A stretch of 64,000 nt of DNA from Camelus ferus (Eukaryota). The position numbers and the translations under genes are program-made. The notes beneath the pieces are model-generated. The model was given only the letters and a program-made list of their open reading frames with translations, made no database searches and had not been told where the DNA came from. The DNA lies in assembly GCF_009834535.1 (NCBI RefSeq), contig NC_045696.1:117492001-117556000 (forward strand), written 5' to 3'. Shown here in pieces: positions 38,030 to 50,800 of this stretch. The stretch's first letter is position 1. Every line of letters starts with the position of its first letter.

Positions 38030-38760
38030 TTTTCGTTGTTTTTATGCGAGTATTACTTACATGCAATGAAATGCACAAATCGGAAATGTACGTGCACCAT
38101 GTTGACAGACATACACCCATGTGTCAACTAGTACTCATATCAAAATATAGAGCATTTCCATCACCCCAGAAAGTTTTTCTTCCTTACTCCGGTCACTTCC
38201 CCCAGAGAGTAACCACTACTTTGATTTATTTCATCAGAAATGAGTTTTATCCGTTCTAGAATGTCATAGAAATGAAGTCCTGGGCATGTCCTCTTCCATG
38301 AAAGGCTTCTTTAGTTCAGCATTTTGAGAATTAACCATATTATTCATGGATATCAGTATTTTTATTTTTTTTTTATTGCTGAGTAATACGCCATTGAAAG
38401 GATAAATCAATTTTTTATCCACTTTTTATTGATAGACATATGAATGATTGGCTATTATGCATAAGGATGCTATAAATATTCTTATACAAATCTACTTGTT
38501 GACATGTGTGTTCATTTGTTTTGGGGTAAAACCTAAAATTATAAGTGCTAACCCATAGGTTAAGTGTATTTTTACCTATGAGAAACTGTCAGACTGATTT
38601 CCAAAGTGATCTTCTCATTTTACATTCTGACTAGCAGCATATGATGATTCTGGTTGCTCCACATCTTTGACAACACTTAGTATTGTCCGTCCTTTTAATT
38701 TTAGCCACCCCAGTGAGTGTGTGGTGATGACTCATTGGCTTTAGTTTGTATTTCCCTAAA
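38030..38760 (-). mobile_element. L1MB-like 3' end
   Basis: 'catttccatcaccccagaaagtt', 'ttttattgctgagtaata', 'gttgctccacatctttgacaacacttagtattgtc'. Confidence 0.8.
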
Positions 38761-38789
38761 GACATTTCCTTAGTGGCTGACTGTGTAGA

Positions 38790-38947
38790 CCTAGAGATGG
38801 AAGAAAACACGGGAGAGTCAGGAGTATATCTGTGTGACTTTAGACAAAAATTCCATTGATGGGACCCAGAAAGCACTAAATTTAAAAGGAAAAAAAATAT
38901 ATATGACTTCATATATGTATACGCACACACACATATATGACTTGATC

Positions 38948-38980
<33 letters not shown>

Positions 38981-39195
38981 GACTGCATCAAAATTAAAAC
39001 CTTAAGAAAATGAATGAACAAGCTGCACTCTGAAATAAATATATACACACAAGGGACTTATACCCAGACTATATAAACAACTCTTCCAGCTCAAATTTTT
39101 TAAAAAATCCTATGGGAAATTATGGGCAAAAAACAGAGCAGACACTTCATGAAGGAAGGTATACAAGGACCAAAAAGCTCCTGAGAAAATTTGTC
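38790..39195 (+). mobile_element. Old L1 ORF2 fragment interrupted by (TA)n
   Basis: 'gactgcatcaaaattaaaac', 'atgggcaaaa...agacacttcatgaaggaaggtatacaa'; (TA)n at ~38948-38980. Confidence 0.6.
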
Positions 39196-40833
39196 AGAGC
39201 ACTTCATCTTTACCTTTTTGAGGAGCCAACCATTTTGAAGTCTGTACCACAGTTTGTGGAAGTATAACTTCCCACCCAAACTGTAAACCCCTTGAAAGCA
39301 GAATGAGTCTGCGAGGCACCCTTGTACCCCCCCCCCCCAGGGAGTGTGTACACGTGCAAACAGAGTAGGCTCATAGATATTTTTAAATGGTTGACCAAAT
39401 GATGTAACAAAGTCTATCTTGAGTCATTTTAGCTGGCTATTAATTTTGTAAGCAAATGAAGCAGTAATATTAGAGCTGTGCCAAGAGGGAAGAAGTAAAA
39501 CAGGTCGCAAGAAGAATAAACCAAAAATGGGGAAAAAGTATTTCACACAGACAGATGAAATGACATTTCACTGGTTAGTGTAAAATATAAGAGGAAATCG
39601 GGTTAGTAGAATAAAACAACAAAATAATGTGAAACAAAATAAGAATATGTATAAAATAATTTCCCAAAATAAGACACCTACTCTTTTGCATGGGCAGCCC
39701 ATCTCTGTGTCGGTGATTTTACATCTATGAAAGCCCAGGGGAAGCTATCAGACCAAAACAGGAAGCTGTGCATGTGGTCTGAGGCGGAAGTCACCAAGAC
39801 ATGCCTCCTGTGTACTCTGATGTGCATCCTGCTTGCCCGAAAACTCAGATTCCTTGCCAAAAAAATAGACCCAGAAAACGCACATGGCATCATGACTGCG
39901 TTACAATAGTGTTTCCAGAGTGTGGTGACATCTTGGAATTCCCAGAGTCCCATAATTTTAACTCCTATCAGGCACGTCCTCCTTGAAATAAAGTTTGTTC
40001 ACTGGGGCACTTGTGAACTACTTGGGTGAAATTTACTCATCCCCGTGATTCATGAACTACTGTTCAATATTTACAGTTATTCTGAAAGGAATTTTCTAGA
40101 AGTGGAAGCTTACCCAAATCATATACCTAATTATCTTAAAATAATGACGTTATCTCTGTTCCCAATGGTGACCTCAAATCCAGTTCTTTAAAGGAAAAAA
40201 CAAAAAAAAAAAAAACAAAAAAACCTGAATATATTCTAATGATCTTATTTCTGTCCCAGATTTCAAACTAATTTGTGGAAATCATTCAATTCCCTTGTAT
40301 TGTTTTGGTTTTATTTTTCCCTTCCTGATCAGAACTTTGGCAGATGTGGAAATTCTGACCAACAGGAGTAATTTTCAGGACTTTTCCTTTTTTGAGATTC
40401 TCAGGAGGAAAAAAGGAAACTTACTGAATGAATTAAATTACATTTCATGACTAGAGCAGTAAACAAGAACTCTGGGTGGGGTTCATACAGGTCCTGGGAA
40501 AAGAAGGAGAAACTGAAGTTCTTTTTTTTTTTTTTTTTTTCCTTTTTTAATAAGGAAGAGTTAAAAGATTTGAAAGATCCTTAAAAAATGGGATCTTAGA
40601 ACTATAAATTGTGTGTGTGTGTGTGTTTGTGAATGTAGAGAAAGATGGTGTATGAGAGTCAGAGAAAAGAAAATCTTCAGTGAAAATTGTAGTTTTACCA
40701 AGAAAACCTTGGAGTAAACGTATTTATCTCTAGTCAAGCAAAACACACTCAGATAATTAGCAGAACTCAAACAATGTGATCTCACCCGAGATGCCACCTC
40801 AGAAGCATTATTCTCCAGCTGAGTAGGCCCATC

Positions 40834-40835
<2 letters not shown>

Positions 40836-40875
<40 letters not shown>
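40836..40875. repeat. (AC)20 microsatellite
   Basis: Direct reading. Confidence 0.95.
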
Positions 40876-40877
<2 letters not shown>

Positions 40878-41594
40878 CTTAACACCAGACCTGTCATTGC
40901 AGTAATAGACCTAGGGAAGGAGAGATGGAAATAGCAAAATGGCAGAACATGCTTAAATGTGTTGGTTTGGACATACTTACAGCCTTCAAACCGCTCTCCT
41001 GATGTCTCACTTCTTTCTCAAGTTTTCTCAACGAAAAGCTAAAAAGAAAAGCCAGTGCTTATGACCAGGGCTGGGAGAAAACAGAAAGCAAATGGTTCAA
41101 AATCCTAGAGTGACATCGAGGTAAAGGCAGATGCATTCTGGTATTCCATTCTTGGTCCTTCCAAATTATAAGCGGACCTAGGAGACACCATCAAGACTCC
41201 TCCTCACTCTCCCTCTTTCAGGGCAACGTTGGCTTAGATCTTTCAACAGATCTGACGCACTGCTGTATGTATACCATTTCTTAGATCTGTCATATATTTT
41301 TTTAGTGCTCAAGGAGGCCTGTTATGAAAAGGAGCCCCCTAGTTTATAGACATCTAAGTTCCCTCTTTGGCATTTTGAACTTCTCCAAAACTCAGCATAT
41401 CGGAAAAGTCCTCCATCCCAGACTGATTCCATCCCGTCAGTGGGTCTGCTCCACCGGAATAGCAGGCTTCCGCATGTCATTTCTATACTTTAATTCAGAT
41501 CCTGTTGGTGACTTCCTGTCCATTTCTATTTTGAATTTTGCTGGGTGGCTTAAAGCATTTACGTCCCTTCGCATCTCTTCTCTAAGATGCTTAC

Positions 41595-41900
41595 TTTGGC
41601 GCCTCACATCGTCCCTGCACGGTTTTCTTCACGCGTAATCCTTTGACTCCCCAGGCGGCAGGCTCTGAAACAGCTGTTGGGCTTCCTGTGTCCCCCAGAC
41701 TCTCCCAAGGCATATGGGCGACTTGGGAGCGTCCTAAAGGGTCTGATGCCCCGGGTGACGTGTGCTCTTGTTGAGCGAATTAGCACCGCAGAGAAAGGCG
41801 TGCGGAAGGCGTGGCCTCCTGAGGAAGCCTGGCGGTCCGGCTCCGCACGATTCGCTGCCGCGTCAGCAGTCCTCGCATTTTACACTCCTCGACGGTTTTA
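41595..41900. promoter_or_regulatory. Small CpG island, candidate promoter/enhancer
   Basis: About 25 CpGs hand-counted in ~300 bp at roughly 60% GC, the densest CpG patch I see in the window; not a recognisable repeat; TGACGT and GCGGAAG motifs present. Confidence 0.6.
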
Positions 41901-42169
41901 GCCTTTGAAGTTATGATTTAGGAGCTGTCAGTCGGAACCCATGATCCAGGAGCATGCGGTTTATTCCATCAAAGAGGAGCCTAGTGCCTGTCTTGTTTCT
42001 AACTGTGCGCTTCTGCAGGAATGCGGAGTCGATTTTCCAGGGACCTCAGTGCTAATGCAGGTTTTTTTTTAAAATTTGTAATTTACCAATAAATCTACAA
42101 TGACTATTTTAAGATCTAAATACATGAAGCGTTAAGTGGTGAAAAAGACACCTGCACTAAGGAAGAACC

Positions 42170-42365
42170 AGTAATACCTACCAGCTAGGCGGTGCTGAGC
42201 AGGGGACAGTTAGGAGGCTGTTACCCACATACACCTAATCTTCATAAAACTGCTACAACTTGGGTGCTATTGTTTCTATTTCACAGACAATGAAACTGAG
42301 CCCTTACCTTGCTGCCAGTCTATACAGCCTTGAATCCAGAGCCCAAGGTTTTGACTGACACTATA
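42170..42365 (-). mobile_element. MIR fragment
   Basis: 'ctattgtttctatttcacagacaatgaaactgagc'. Confidence 0.6.
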
Positions 42366-42863
42366 TTGCTGCTCTTGGTAATACATTTAAGTACACTTTG
42401 AAAAGGCGTCACACTCCGTCAATGTCAGGTGGTACTGTGGCCGTTGGGAAAAGGGCCTTAATCTTGCACTGTTCTTACCGCTACCAACTAAAGGAAGAAG
42501 TGCCTTAAAGTGGTTTGAATGGCACAGCTGTCCTGAGAGTCATTTCGGTGAGTGTATTCCTACTTTTCGGAATCAGGGGCAGCACCACTTCAGAACTAGT
42601 GTTTTACAATTTCAAGAACTCAAGCGACGGGCCAATGTCATCGGAAGCGGCTGTTACCTACTCGTGAGTGTGGAGAAGGAAAAGCCTTGGCAAAAACTAA
42701 CAAACAGAACCACTACTTCAAAACGAGTTCAGGTGTCTGTTCCCTGGAAGAGGCCTGTGTGTTAACGTCTCTAAGGAAAAGATTTTGTGTCTGGGACACC
42801 CCGAGTTAAAGACATCTGTTTCCTTCATCTGTCACTGTTCTTTTGGAGTGAGATATCGATGGA

Positions 42864-42876
42864 AGGTCAAAGGTCA
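42864..42876 (+). promoter_or_regulatory. Perfect DR1 nuclear-receptor element AGGTCA-A-AGGTCA
   Basis: Exact consensus direct repeat with a 1-bp spacer in non-repeat sequence; function not shown. Confidence 0.5.
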
Positions 42877-44494
42877 AGAGTCCTGAAGCAGAAAACTCAA
42901 ACGATGTGTTTAGCACTCCCATAACACTACTCTAGTGTATGTGGCTATGACATTTCAGAGTTTATGGGCTGTGGTTTTCTGATCTCTCTCTGTGAAAGAA
43001 ATATTCTGTGTCAGTCTCCCTTGAAATGGGACCACACATCACTGTTGAGAAATGAGACTAATTCTGCCAATACCTTGATAATTCGGGCAGCGAAGAGCAA
43101 TTGCAAGTTATCAATAATGGCTTTATGAAGCACACAGATTTCAGCCATATCTCTGCAGGAGAATAATGCTCTCATGACATCAACCCTTTAGCTGAAAAGA
43201 GGACTTAATCTGTGGCTGAGATAACTAAAGCTGATCTTAATTATAGCTGTGAATTTGGTCTCAACCATAAATTAGGGGAACTACTTTGTTGACCTCAATG
43301 GATTCTTATATTTGCAAGAATTTTCTCTCTCCCTGTCTCTCTCTTTGTCACTCTCTCTTTCCCTCTCAATTAAAGAAGAGTCTGCAGGCCTGAGCTGTTG
43401 TAGTGAATATCTATTAAGGCATTCAAATATCTACCCCTCTACTGGCATTAGTAAGCATTGCTTTGGGGCAAGCGCAACCACAAACAGCCTCTGTCACTTG
43501 CAAGGGGATGTCAATACATCCTTCTGGATGAGGTAAGAGACCTGTGATCACACACCTTCGGGAGAGAAGCAGATGGGCTGTGTTTGGATGAAAAAGGTGA
43601 ATAAGCCAATTTGGGGACCGTCCAAGCCGAGACTAGCTGGAGAACTGGAATTAGAATGTAGATCAGAGCTGAGGTGCGTAACTGACTTCCACCCCTTTCT
43701 AAGCTTTTAAATTCTTATTAGAAAGCTGAGTGGAGAAGCCGTCCACAGTGTCCTCTTGCAGCACCTCTATTTCTTCTGCCCTCAGGAAGTCTAATTTACT
43801 GTTGTGTGCAGTTCTGACTTGCTTCGTGTTATTACAGATTCATCCCATTTTGTTTTAAATTGTACTCTGCTTTGTTCTAGAGGGGAAACCTTGAACCTTT
43901 AAACCTCCCCGAGGAAAATGTGGTGAAGAATCCATGGTAGGTTTTGTAACAGCTCTCAGACTCTATCTACACAGAGATACGGTTGGAAAGATCATAGGGG
44001 TCTGTGTAAATTGTTATTCCTGAGTTAATGAGAAAAGGGCTTTGACCAATTAATACACACTTCTCTGCCTTTAAAGCAATGTGGGAATGTCCTTAAAAGA
44101 TTTCTGATAGAAATAGCTGAAACATTGTGTGTGTGTGTGCTTGCGTGTGTGTGTGCGTGTGTGTGTGTGTAAAGCCTTAGGTTTGGGTTAGAAGCTGGAA
44201 GGAGAGTTGAAAATTAAAAATAATAGGCAAAGTCTTGAAAGTCTAAGTATTGTTTTCGCTTTGAATCTTAAAGAAGAGTTTGAGTGGTTCGTATTCTATC
44301 TAAAATGGTTTGTTCATAAATAATGAATGTTAGAAAGGCAGGATGCCTAATGTCCCTTTAAGTCCGAAAGGAAATTTATGAGCCCTTCAAAATTTTAAAT
44401 CATTTCAGACTGTGTAAAAAGAACCCCTTTAGGTATTATTCTTGACCTGAGCTCTACTCTGCAAACTTGCTAGAGTCATGTTCCATAGAAGGCA

Positions 44495-44892
44495 GAGTTA
44501 ACCTCCACACCACTGATACTTTGGACCGGATCATTCTTTGTTATTAGGGGCTATCCTGTGAACTATAGGATGTTTAGCAACATTCCTGGCCTCCCCCTTA
44601 CTAGTAGTAACCCCACCATCAGTCATGAGACTTAAAAATGTGTCCATATGAAATAAACAAGGACCTACTGTACAGCACAGGGAACTATATTCAATATTTT
44701 GTAATAACCTGTAATGAAAAAGAATAGGAAAAAATATATATATGTATCACTGAGTCGCTATGCTGCACACCAGAAACTAGGCCAACATTGTAAATCAGCT
44801 ATACTTCAATTTAAAAAAAAAAAGTCTCCATACATTGTCAAATGTCCCAAGGGAAAGATTGGGACAAAATCACCCCAACTGAGAACCGACGA
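44495..44892. mobile_element. MER20 (hAT-Charlie) interrupted by a + strand L1 3' end (~44648-44820)
   Basis: 'ttggaccggatcattctttgtt...ggatgtttagcaacattcctggcct' then 'cattgtcaaatgtccc...caaaatcaccccaactgagaacc'; L1 insert flanked by aaaatgtgtccata / aaaaagtctccata. Confidence 0.8.
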
Positions 44893-45029
44893 TTTAAGAA
44901 TAACGGTGTAGTGTGTGTGTGGCAGAAGGAGGGCCGATCTCACTAAAGACACCAACTGTAAGATAATTTCATCTTTAACTGGGTGTTGTCCGTAGCTGCA
45001 ACAGTTGGCATCTCCTAAGAATCTGGCCT

Positions 45030-45420
45030 TGCCTCCTACAGAGCTTTGACAAAAAGGAAATGTGTAAGTGGCATTATGTGACATCTGAAAATAGGTAAGT
45101 CTTTCAGCTTCCAGTTTGCAGACTTAAGACGGCTGCCCTGAGACCACCAGGTCAGAAGGCCAGTCTAGCCTCCTGGAAGATGAGCGGCCACGTGAAAACA
45201 AAACAAGGTGCTCCAGCCGGCAGCAAGGCCCAACTGCCAGATGTATCTTGGACTTTGCAAGCCAGCTGATCTTCAAGTTAATTCAGCCCCGTAAGTGAAC
45301 CTGGGTGAGATCAACAGAAGAAATAACCAGCCTACTTACAGACTCAAGAGAAATAAGGAATCTTTATTTTAGGTCTCAAAGTTGGGGGGGTTTCTTATGC
45401 AGCAAGAATGACCATGGTTC
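45030..45420 (+). mobile_element. MaLR LTR (MLT1H/F-like)
   Basis: 'gtctagcctcctggaagatgagcggccacgtg', 'caactgccagatg', end 'aagttggggggtttcttatgcagca'. Confidence 0.65.
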
Positions 45421-45769
45421 CCTGGCTGGTACCTGGCTGCTGTGGAGAGATTCCCGCGTGAAAGGTGATGGGTCAGATCCAAAGAGATGAATGCCTTCCA
45501 GTTAGAGTCATGAAGACATGGTTCCCATGACCTCAGAGACTTCACACAGCTTCCCCAGGGCACACATGTAGATTACATACTAACTCTACAGAATTGCATT
45601 TAATTCAGTGAGGAAAAATTGCATTTATACAGTATCATTGTACAAAGTTAAGAAGGGAAGGACTTTCTACCTTTTTTAAAGTAGGTGAAGACAAAATCTT
45701 GACTGTTATTGTGAAAAGAAATAAAACATGATGCTCTGGAACAAATTAAAAAATATAAAACAAATAAGG

Positions 45770-46325
45770 TTGGTGAGGGGTTTGGATGGATTACTTGTCA
45801 ACTTGGCTATGCAGGCAGAATTTTTCCAGACTTTCCTTCCACTTATGGTTCTAGATTAAAATTGACCAAAGGAGAAGTTTGCATGAGGTTTTCGAAAGGT
45901 GTAGGGGGAGCTGTGGCCATCATGCCCTGAAGGTTCTCACAGTTGGACGCAGTGAGAGACAGATGCAGAGATGCGAATGGAGTCCACCACATCCTTGCTC
46001 TGTCCCCCACTCTGTGTCCAGCTCTCCTTCCCAAGTGTTGGTCCAGCTGACCAACAGCTCCCCCAAACTGGACCCTCTGCTGGCTCTCCATGATGGACTT
46101 CAGCATCTGGACCCACTTATCTTCCAGATTTTCCTGTGAGCTCTCACTGGTCCTCTTGTCCTATGTAATGAAAGGACTGGCTAGTGGCCTTTATCTTACC
46201 CTTCAGCTCTTCCTTTTGGACTTCTCTCCAATGTCCCCCCATTTGTGTAAGGTCTTCCTATAATAGATTCTTTATATCATGATACTCAGGGTAGTTTTTG
46301 ACTTCCCGGTTGAACTCTGGCAGGT
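45770..46325 (+). mobile_element. ERVL MLT2-like LTR
   Basis: Start 'tacttgtcaacttggctatgc...aatttttccaga', end 'cctataatagattctttatatc...ttgaactctggc'. Confidence 0.55.
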
Positions 46326-46647
46326 AGGGTAACACAAACAGTTCAGAAACAGGAAATGCTGAGAATAGATTTTGCTCTGGCATTCTGTGTGATCACACTG
46401 ATTTTGAGGATCCCAATTTGTTTGGTTTCCTAGCGTCAGTGATGCTGGGAGATGCCCCCGTGTTATCCTGTACACACAGTCCACCTGGTGCTGGAGAAGC
46501 AGAGGATGGAAGAAACATTCAAATTACTCTTGCTCCTTAGTTGTTGCAATTATAAATCCAGGAAGATTCAAGAAGTAGCAAAGGAGATTAATACACTGTA
46601 TAAAGAAAGAAAGATTTCACACACAAAAACTGTATTATGACAACACT

Positions 46648-46985
46648 TTATGTGGAATCTAAAAATAAAAGGACACAAATAAACTTACTTACAAAACAGA
46701 GACAGACTCACAGACAGAAAACAAACTTATGGTTATGGGGGGAAAGGGGAAGGGAAGGATAAATTGGGAGTTCAGGATTTGCAGATACTAACTACTATCT
46801 ATAAAACAGACAAACAACAAGGTCCTACTGTACAGCACAGGGAACTATATTCAATACCTTGTAATGGCCTATAATGAAAAAAATATGAAAAGGAATATAT
46901 ATATATATGTACAAATGAATCACCATGCTGTACACCAGAAATTAATACAACACTGTAAATTGACTATACTTCCATTTTAAAGAAA
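46648..46985 (+). mobile_element. Camelid L1 3' end
   Basis: 'tatgtggaatctaaaa...gggaaggataaattgggagttcaggatttgcagatac...cacagggaactatattcaatacc'. Confidence 0.9.
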
Positions 46986-47484
46986 AGGAACACTAATCAG
47001 GGTATTTAATTTAGAGAAGAAGTAACTCTGAGTATTTAGTGAGATGAGAAAATGTTTATGGCATTTGAAGGAAGATGTATCTCTGAAATAATTTAAATAG
47101 GTTTCAGTGCCTGTCATAAATACCAAAATACCAAAAGAAAAATCGGCAGGCAAATGCAACCTTGAGGGGTATAAATTAGTAAAGAATAAAAAATTTTCTG
47201 TAAGGCAAATTGAAATGTGTCAGGGAGAAATAAATGCTTCGAGCGCCACGCTTGGTAAAATTGAGCGCTGGACTTCTGAAAGCATTGCATGTGCAAAAAG
47301 TTACACTGTTTGTGGTGTACTCCATAATGGTCAGAAGGAATTCTGAAATTGTAGAAACAAGGCTGCAAGACTAGAATTCTGAACTGTAGATAATTTGTTA
47401 AGCTCAGTGGATCAAGTCAAACATATGCTGCTTTCTTTCACTCACCTTTGGCTCTAAATGGTTAACCCTGGGCTAAATTGGATG

Positions 47485-47675
47485 GGCTCTCTACACAAAC
47501 TCTAGGGTACATCTGAAATCACCCGGGGGCTTGCTGAAATATGCCATCTGGCACACATCCAGAGATCCTAACTCAGTTGATCCTGAGTGAAATCATGAAA
47601 TGTCTACTTTTTGAAATATTCCAGGTGATTCTGACCAAACTAGTCCAAGATCATACCTTGAAAAACAGTTATCTG
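47485..47675. mobile_element. MER5-like hAT-Charlie MITE
   Basis: 'aatcacccgggggcttgctgaaat...ccagagat...ccaggtgattctga...ttgaaaaac'. Confidence 0.6.
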
Positions 47676-48349
47676 GACCCAAGAGAATGAGTTCCCAGGC
47701 TCTGTGGCGAGTATACCAAATGAAAATCTCTAAATGTTATTTTTAAAATATAAAAATACCACGCAATGTCCAACAAGCCTCTTTGCCGAAGAAAACACGC
47801 CATTTGCTTTGTTCCCAAGTAAAACGCACTGAAGCTCATTATTTGTGCATGCTGCGTGTGCGTGCATGTGTGTCAGCATTCTCTGCTGATTCTCCTGAGG
47901 CTGTTGGCAGCTCTGTCTCAGAGGGGAAGGCATGAGGGTCTCAAAATTAGTAGCAGACCCAGGAGGATGGCCCAGACCAAAGCAAAAATTTCCCCCCATA
48001 GCATATTGCTAAGTCCAAAGAAATGCATAAAATTCCTCCTGTGAATTTACTGGCCAAGAAAAATCTATATTTTCTTTCTAATGAAGTCCATTTAGGAAAA
48101 TCAAGGGCACCTTGAGTTCACTATGAAGAGTTTACTTTTGGCAAAAGGGAAAATGTTCAAACAGCCAGCTTCCAAAAATAGCAAAGGTGTTCCCATTTTG
48201 TATTTAAGAATTTTGCAATAATTCAGATGTGGGATGGGATCTCAATCATCCACACGTCGCATCTCAATTTTTCCTTCTTATTTTTATTTTTGTGTGTGTG
48301 AGTGGTAACGTCATTGCATTTAACAAGGACAAGTGTTTCAAATGTTCTC

Positions 48350-48700
48350 TCTAGCACCCTTGCTTTGTAGACTTCGTCCCCTCTGTCAGAAATGCATTCC
48401 CTATACCTTCTTCACTTAACTAAATCCTGCTTTTGCCTGAGACTCAGCTCAAATGCCACCTCCTGCCGGGGCTGTCCTAGAAATGCCACCCATCGCCACC
48501 CCCTTACCCTCCCACATGGTCTTATAGTCCCGGTGTTCCCCTCCATCAGTGCCCCGTGACTCTGACGTCTGCACAGCCTTTGCCTCCACCAATAACCTGT
48601 GAGTTCCATGAGATGGAAAGCCTCTTCCAATTTGCTTGTTTCTATTTCCGGGACTGAGCAAATAGTAGGGGTTAAAAAAATCTGCATAACAGATGGATTT
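48350..48700 (+). mobile_element. L2 3' fragment
   Basis: 'gactcagctcaaatgccacctcct', 'ctgtgagttccatgagatgg'. Confidence 0.65.
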
Positions 48701-48962
48701 TAAAAATTGAAATTATTAACATTTGGTACCTCTAACGAAACATAACATTAGTCCCTGAGTATTAGTTGCAGGTATACAAAAAACCAAGAGGTCATTAGTT
48801 GTAAGTTGTGTAACTACATCAAGAGAAGCGAACATCGTAACACATCGCACACCCACAGGGGCACACATGGACATCAGTAGAGAACTCAAGGAGTAGTGTG
48901 ACCTTCTATGTTGAACTGCTATAAAGTGTGGTCAGAACTTGTTTTCCCTAATACACTGAAAA

Positions 48963-48964
<2 letters not shown>

Positions 48965-49004
<40 letters not shown>

Positions 49005-49008
49005 ACAC
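48965..49008. repeat. (AC)n microsatellite, one interruption
   Basis: Direct reading. Confidence 0.95.
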
Positions 49009-49939
49009 TGTCTCTCTCTCTCTTAAAGACAATGAAGTTTTCTGACCCGTTTGTTTGCTCGGTCCAGCACCTCGCACAGAGCTGAGCAAATGTTGATTTC
49101 CTATTTCCTTTGCTCTTTTTAATCGGAACCGTTGAGTACCATTCTTCAAGGCAAGTGTACAGATTCTCCTAACCCAAAATAAGAAAACAACTAAGTGCTT
49201 GATTTTCAAAGAAAAAGCAGAAAATGTTCCCTTCCATTGATTCATTTATTTAAAATACAACATCATCACTTAATTAGCATTGCTTATTTGGGTACAATTT
49301 TAAATTTGTTTTTACTGCTCAAAACTTTTTTTTAAAAGTGCAGACTGCTTATTTGTTTTGTCTTCTTTTCTCCCATTGCAAGTTGAGCTGTGCAACGCCA
49401 AACAAACTGTGATTCAGAAGATGAGTTTTGCTATTAATCAGTTAAATTAAAAAGTTGGCATATGAAGCTCTTAGCTTCTTAAAATAATGACTAAATAAAG
49501 AGGTGGTAGTTTAATACGTAGATAGTGAGACAATAATCGGAAGATAATAGAAAACAGACATCTTTAAATAGGTAAAAGTGAGAATCTTATATAATGCATA
49601 GGGTTTATATCAATAACCTCCAAAATTAATTTCTCATGAACAGGTGAATGCAGATCACTGCACCTTACTCAGTGCACCTCAATCAGACTGAACCTGCCGT
49701 CTGACTACAAAGCTATCATTGCAGAGGCATTTATATCCTCAGCAAACAAATACGGTTCAGGTAGGAAGATGAATACACACGGGAAGGGAAACATGTACAT
49801 ATTTCAGATGAAAAAGTGTTCATTGAATTAAAAACATGGAGACTTCAAATACTTGCAGCCCTACATTCACCCCAGATTTCCTACATCACTTTATACCATT
49901 CTTAATCTTAATTCTTTATCTTATACCCAAAATACATTT

Positions 49940-50800
49940 TATTAAAAAATGTGCAGAAGAAGTGAAGAGACATTTTTCCAGAGAGGAAGTGCTGATGGCC
50001 AACAGGCACACAATAAGATTCTCAACATCACTAATTACCAGGGAAATGCAAATCAAAACCACAATGAGATATCAGCGCACCCCTGTCAGATTGGCTGTCA
50101 TCAAAAAGTCTACAAATAACAAATGTTGGCAAGGAGAAAAGGGAACCCTTGTACACTATTTGTGAGAATGTAAATTTGTGCAGCCACCATGGAAAACAGT
50201 ATGGAGGCTTCTCAAAAAACTAAAAATAGAACTACCATATGATCCAGCAATCCCACTCCTGGGCATATATCCAAAAGGAACTCTAATTCAAAAAGATACA
50301 TGCACCCACAATGTTCATAGCAGCACTATTTATGATAGCCAAGACATAGAAACAACCTAAATGCTCATCAAGAGATAATTGGATAAAGAAGTTATGGTAT
50401 ATTTATACAACGGAATGCTACTCAGCCATAAAAAAGAATGAAATTTAGCCATTTGCAGCAACATGGATGGACTTAGAAAGCATCGTGCAAAGTGAAATAA
50501 CTCAGACAGAGAAAGATAAATATTGTATGAAATTGCTTACATGTGGAACCTAAAAAATACAACAAACTAGTGAATATAATGTAAAAGAAGTGGACTCACA
50601 GATATAGAGAACAAATTAGTGGTTATGAGTTGTGAGAGGGGAGGGGCAAGGGAAGGGGGGGAGTGGGAGGAACAAACTACTGGGTTTGTACCAGACAGGC
50701 TAAAGGATGTATCGTACAACAGAAGGGAATATAGACAATATTTTGTAGTAACTGTGAGTGGAAAGTAGCCCTTAAAAGTTGTATAAAAATAAAAAATTTA
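49940..50800 (+). mobile_element. 5'-truncated L1 (ORF2 C-terminus + 3'UTR)
   Basis: ORFs give [27 protein letters not shown] and [32 protein letters not shown], the L1 ORF2p C-terminus; G-rich 3'UTR tract at ~50636-50670. Confidence 0.92.

Noticed and set aside
40088..40102. Three-unit heat-shock element GGAAT-TTTCT-AGAAG
   Set aside because: Nine fixed bases in AT-rich DNA are expected about once per window by chance
40890..40990. Spliced translation 'SGLKA-VYYC' resembling an immunoglobulin V-domain motif
   Set aside because: No other V-domain residues and no recombination signal sequence; it needs a 70-nt intron and runs into a (TG)n repeat
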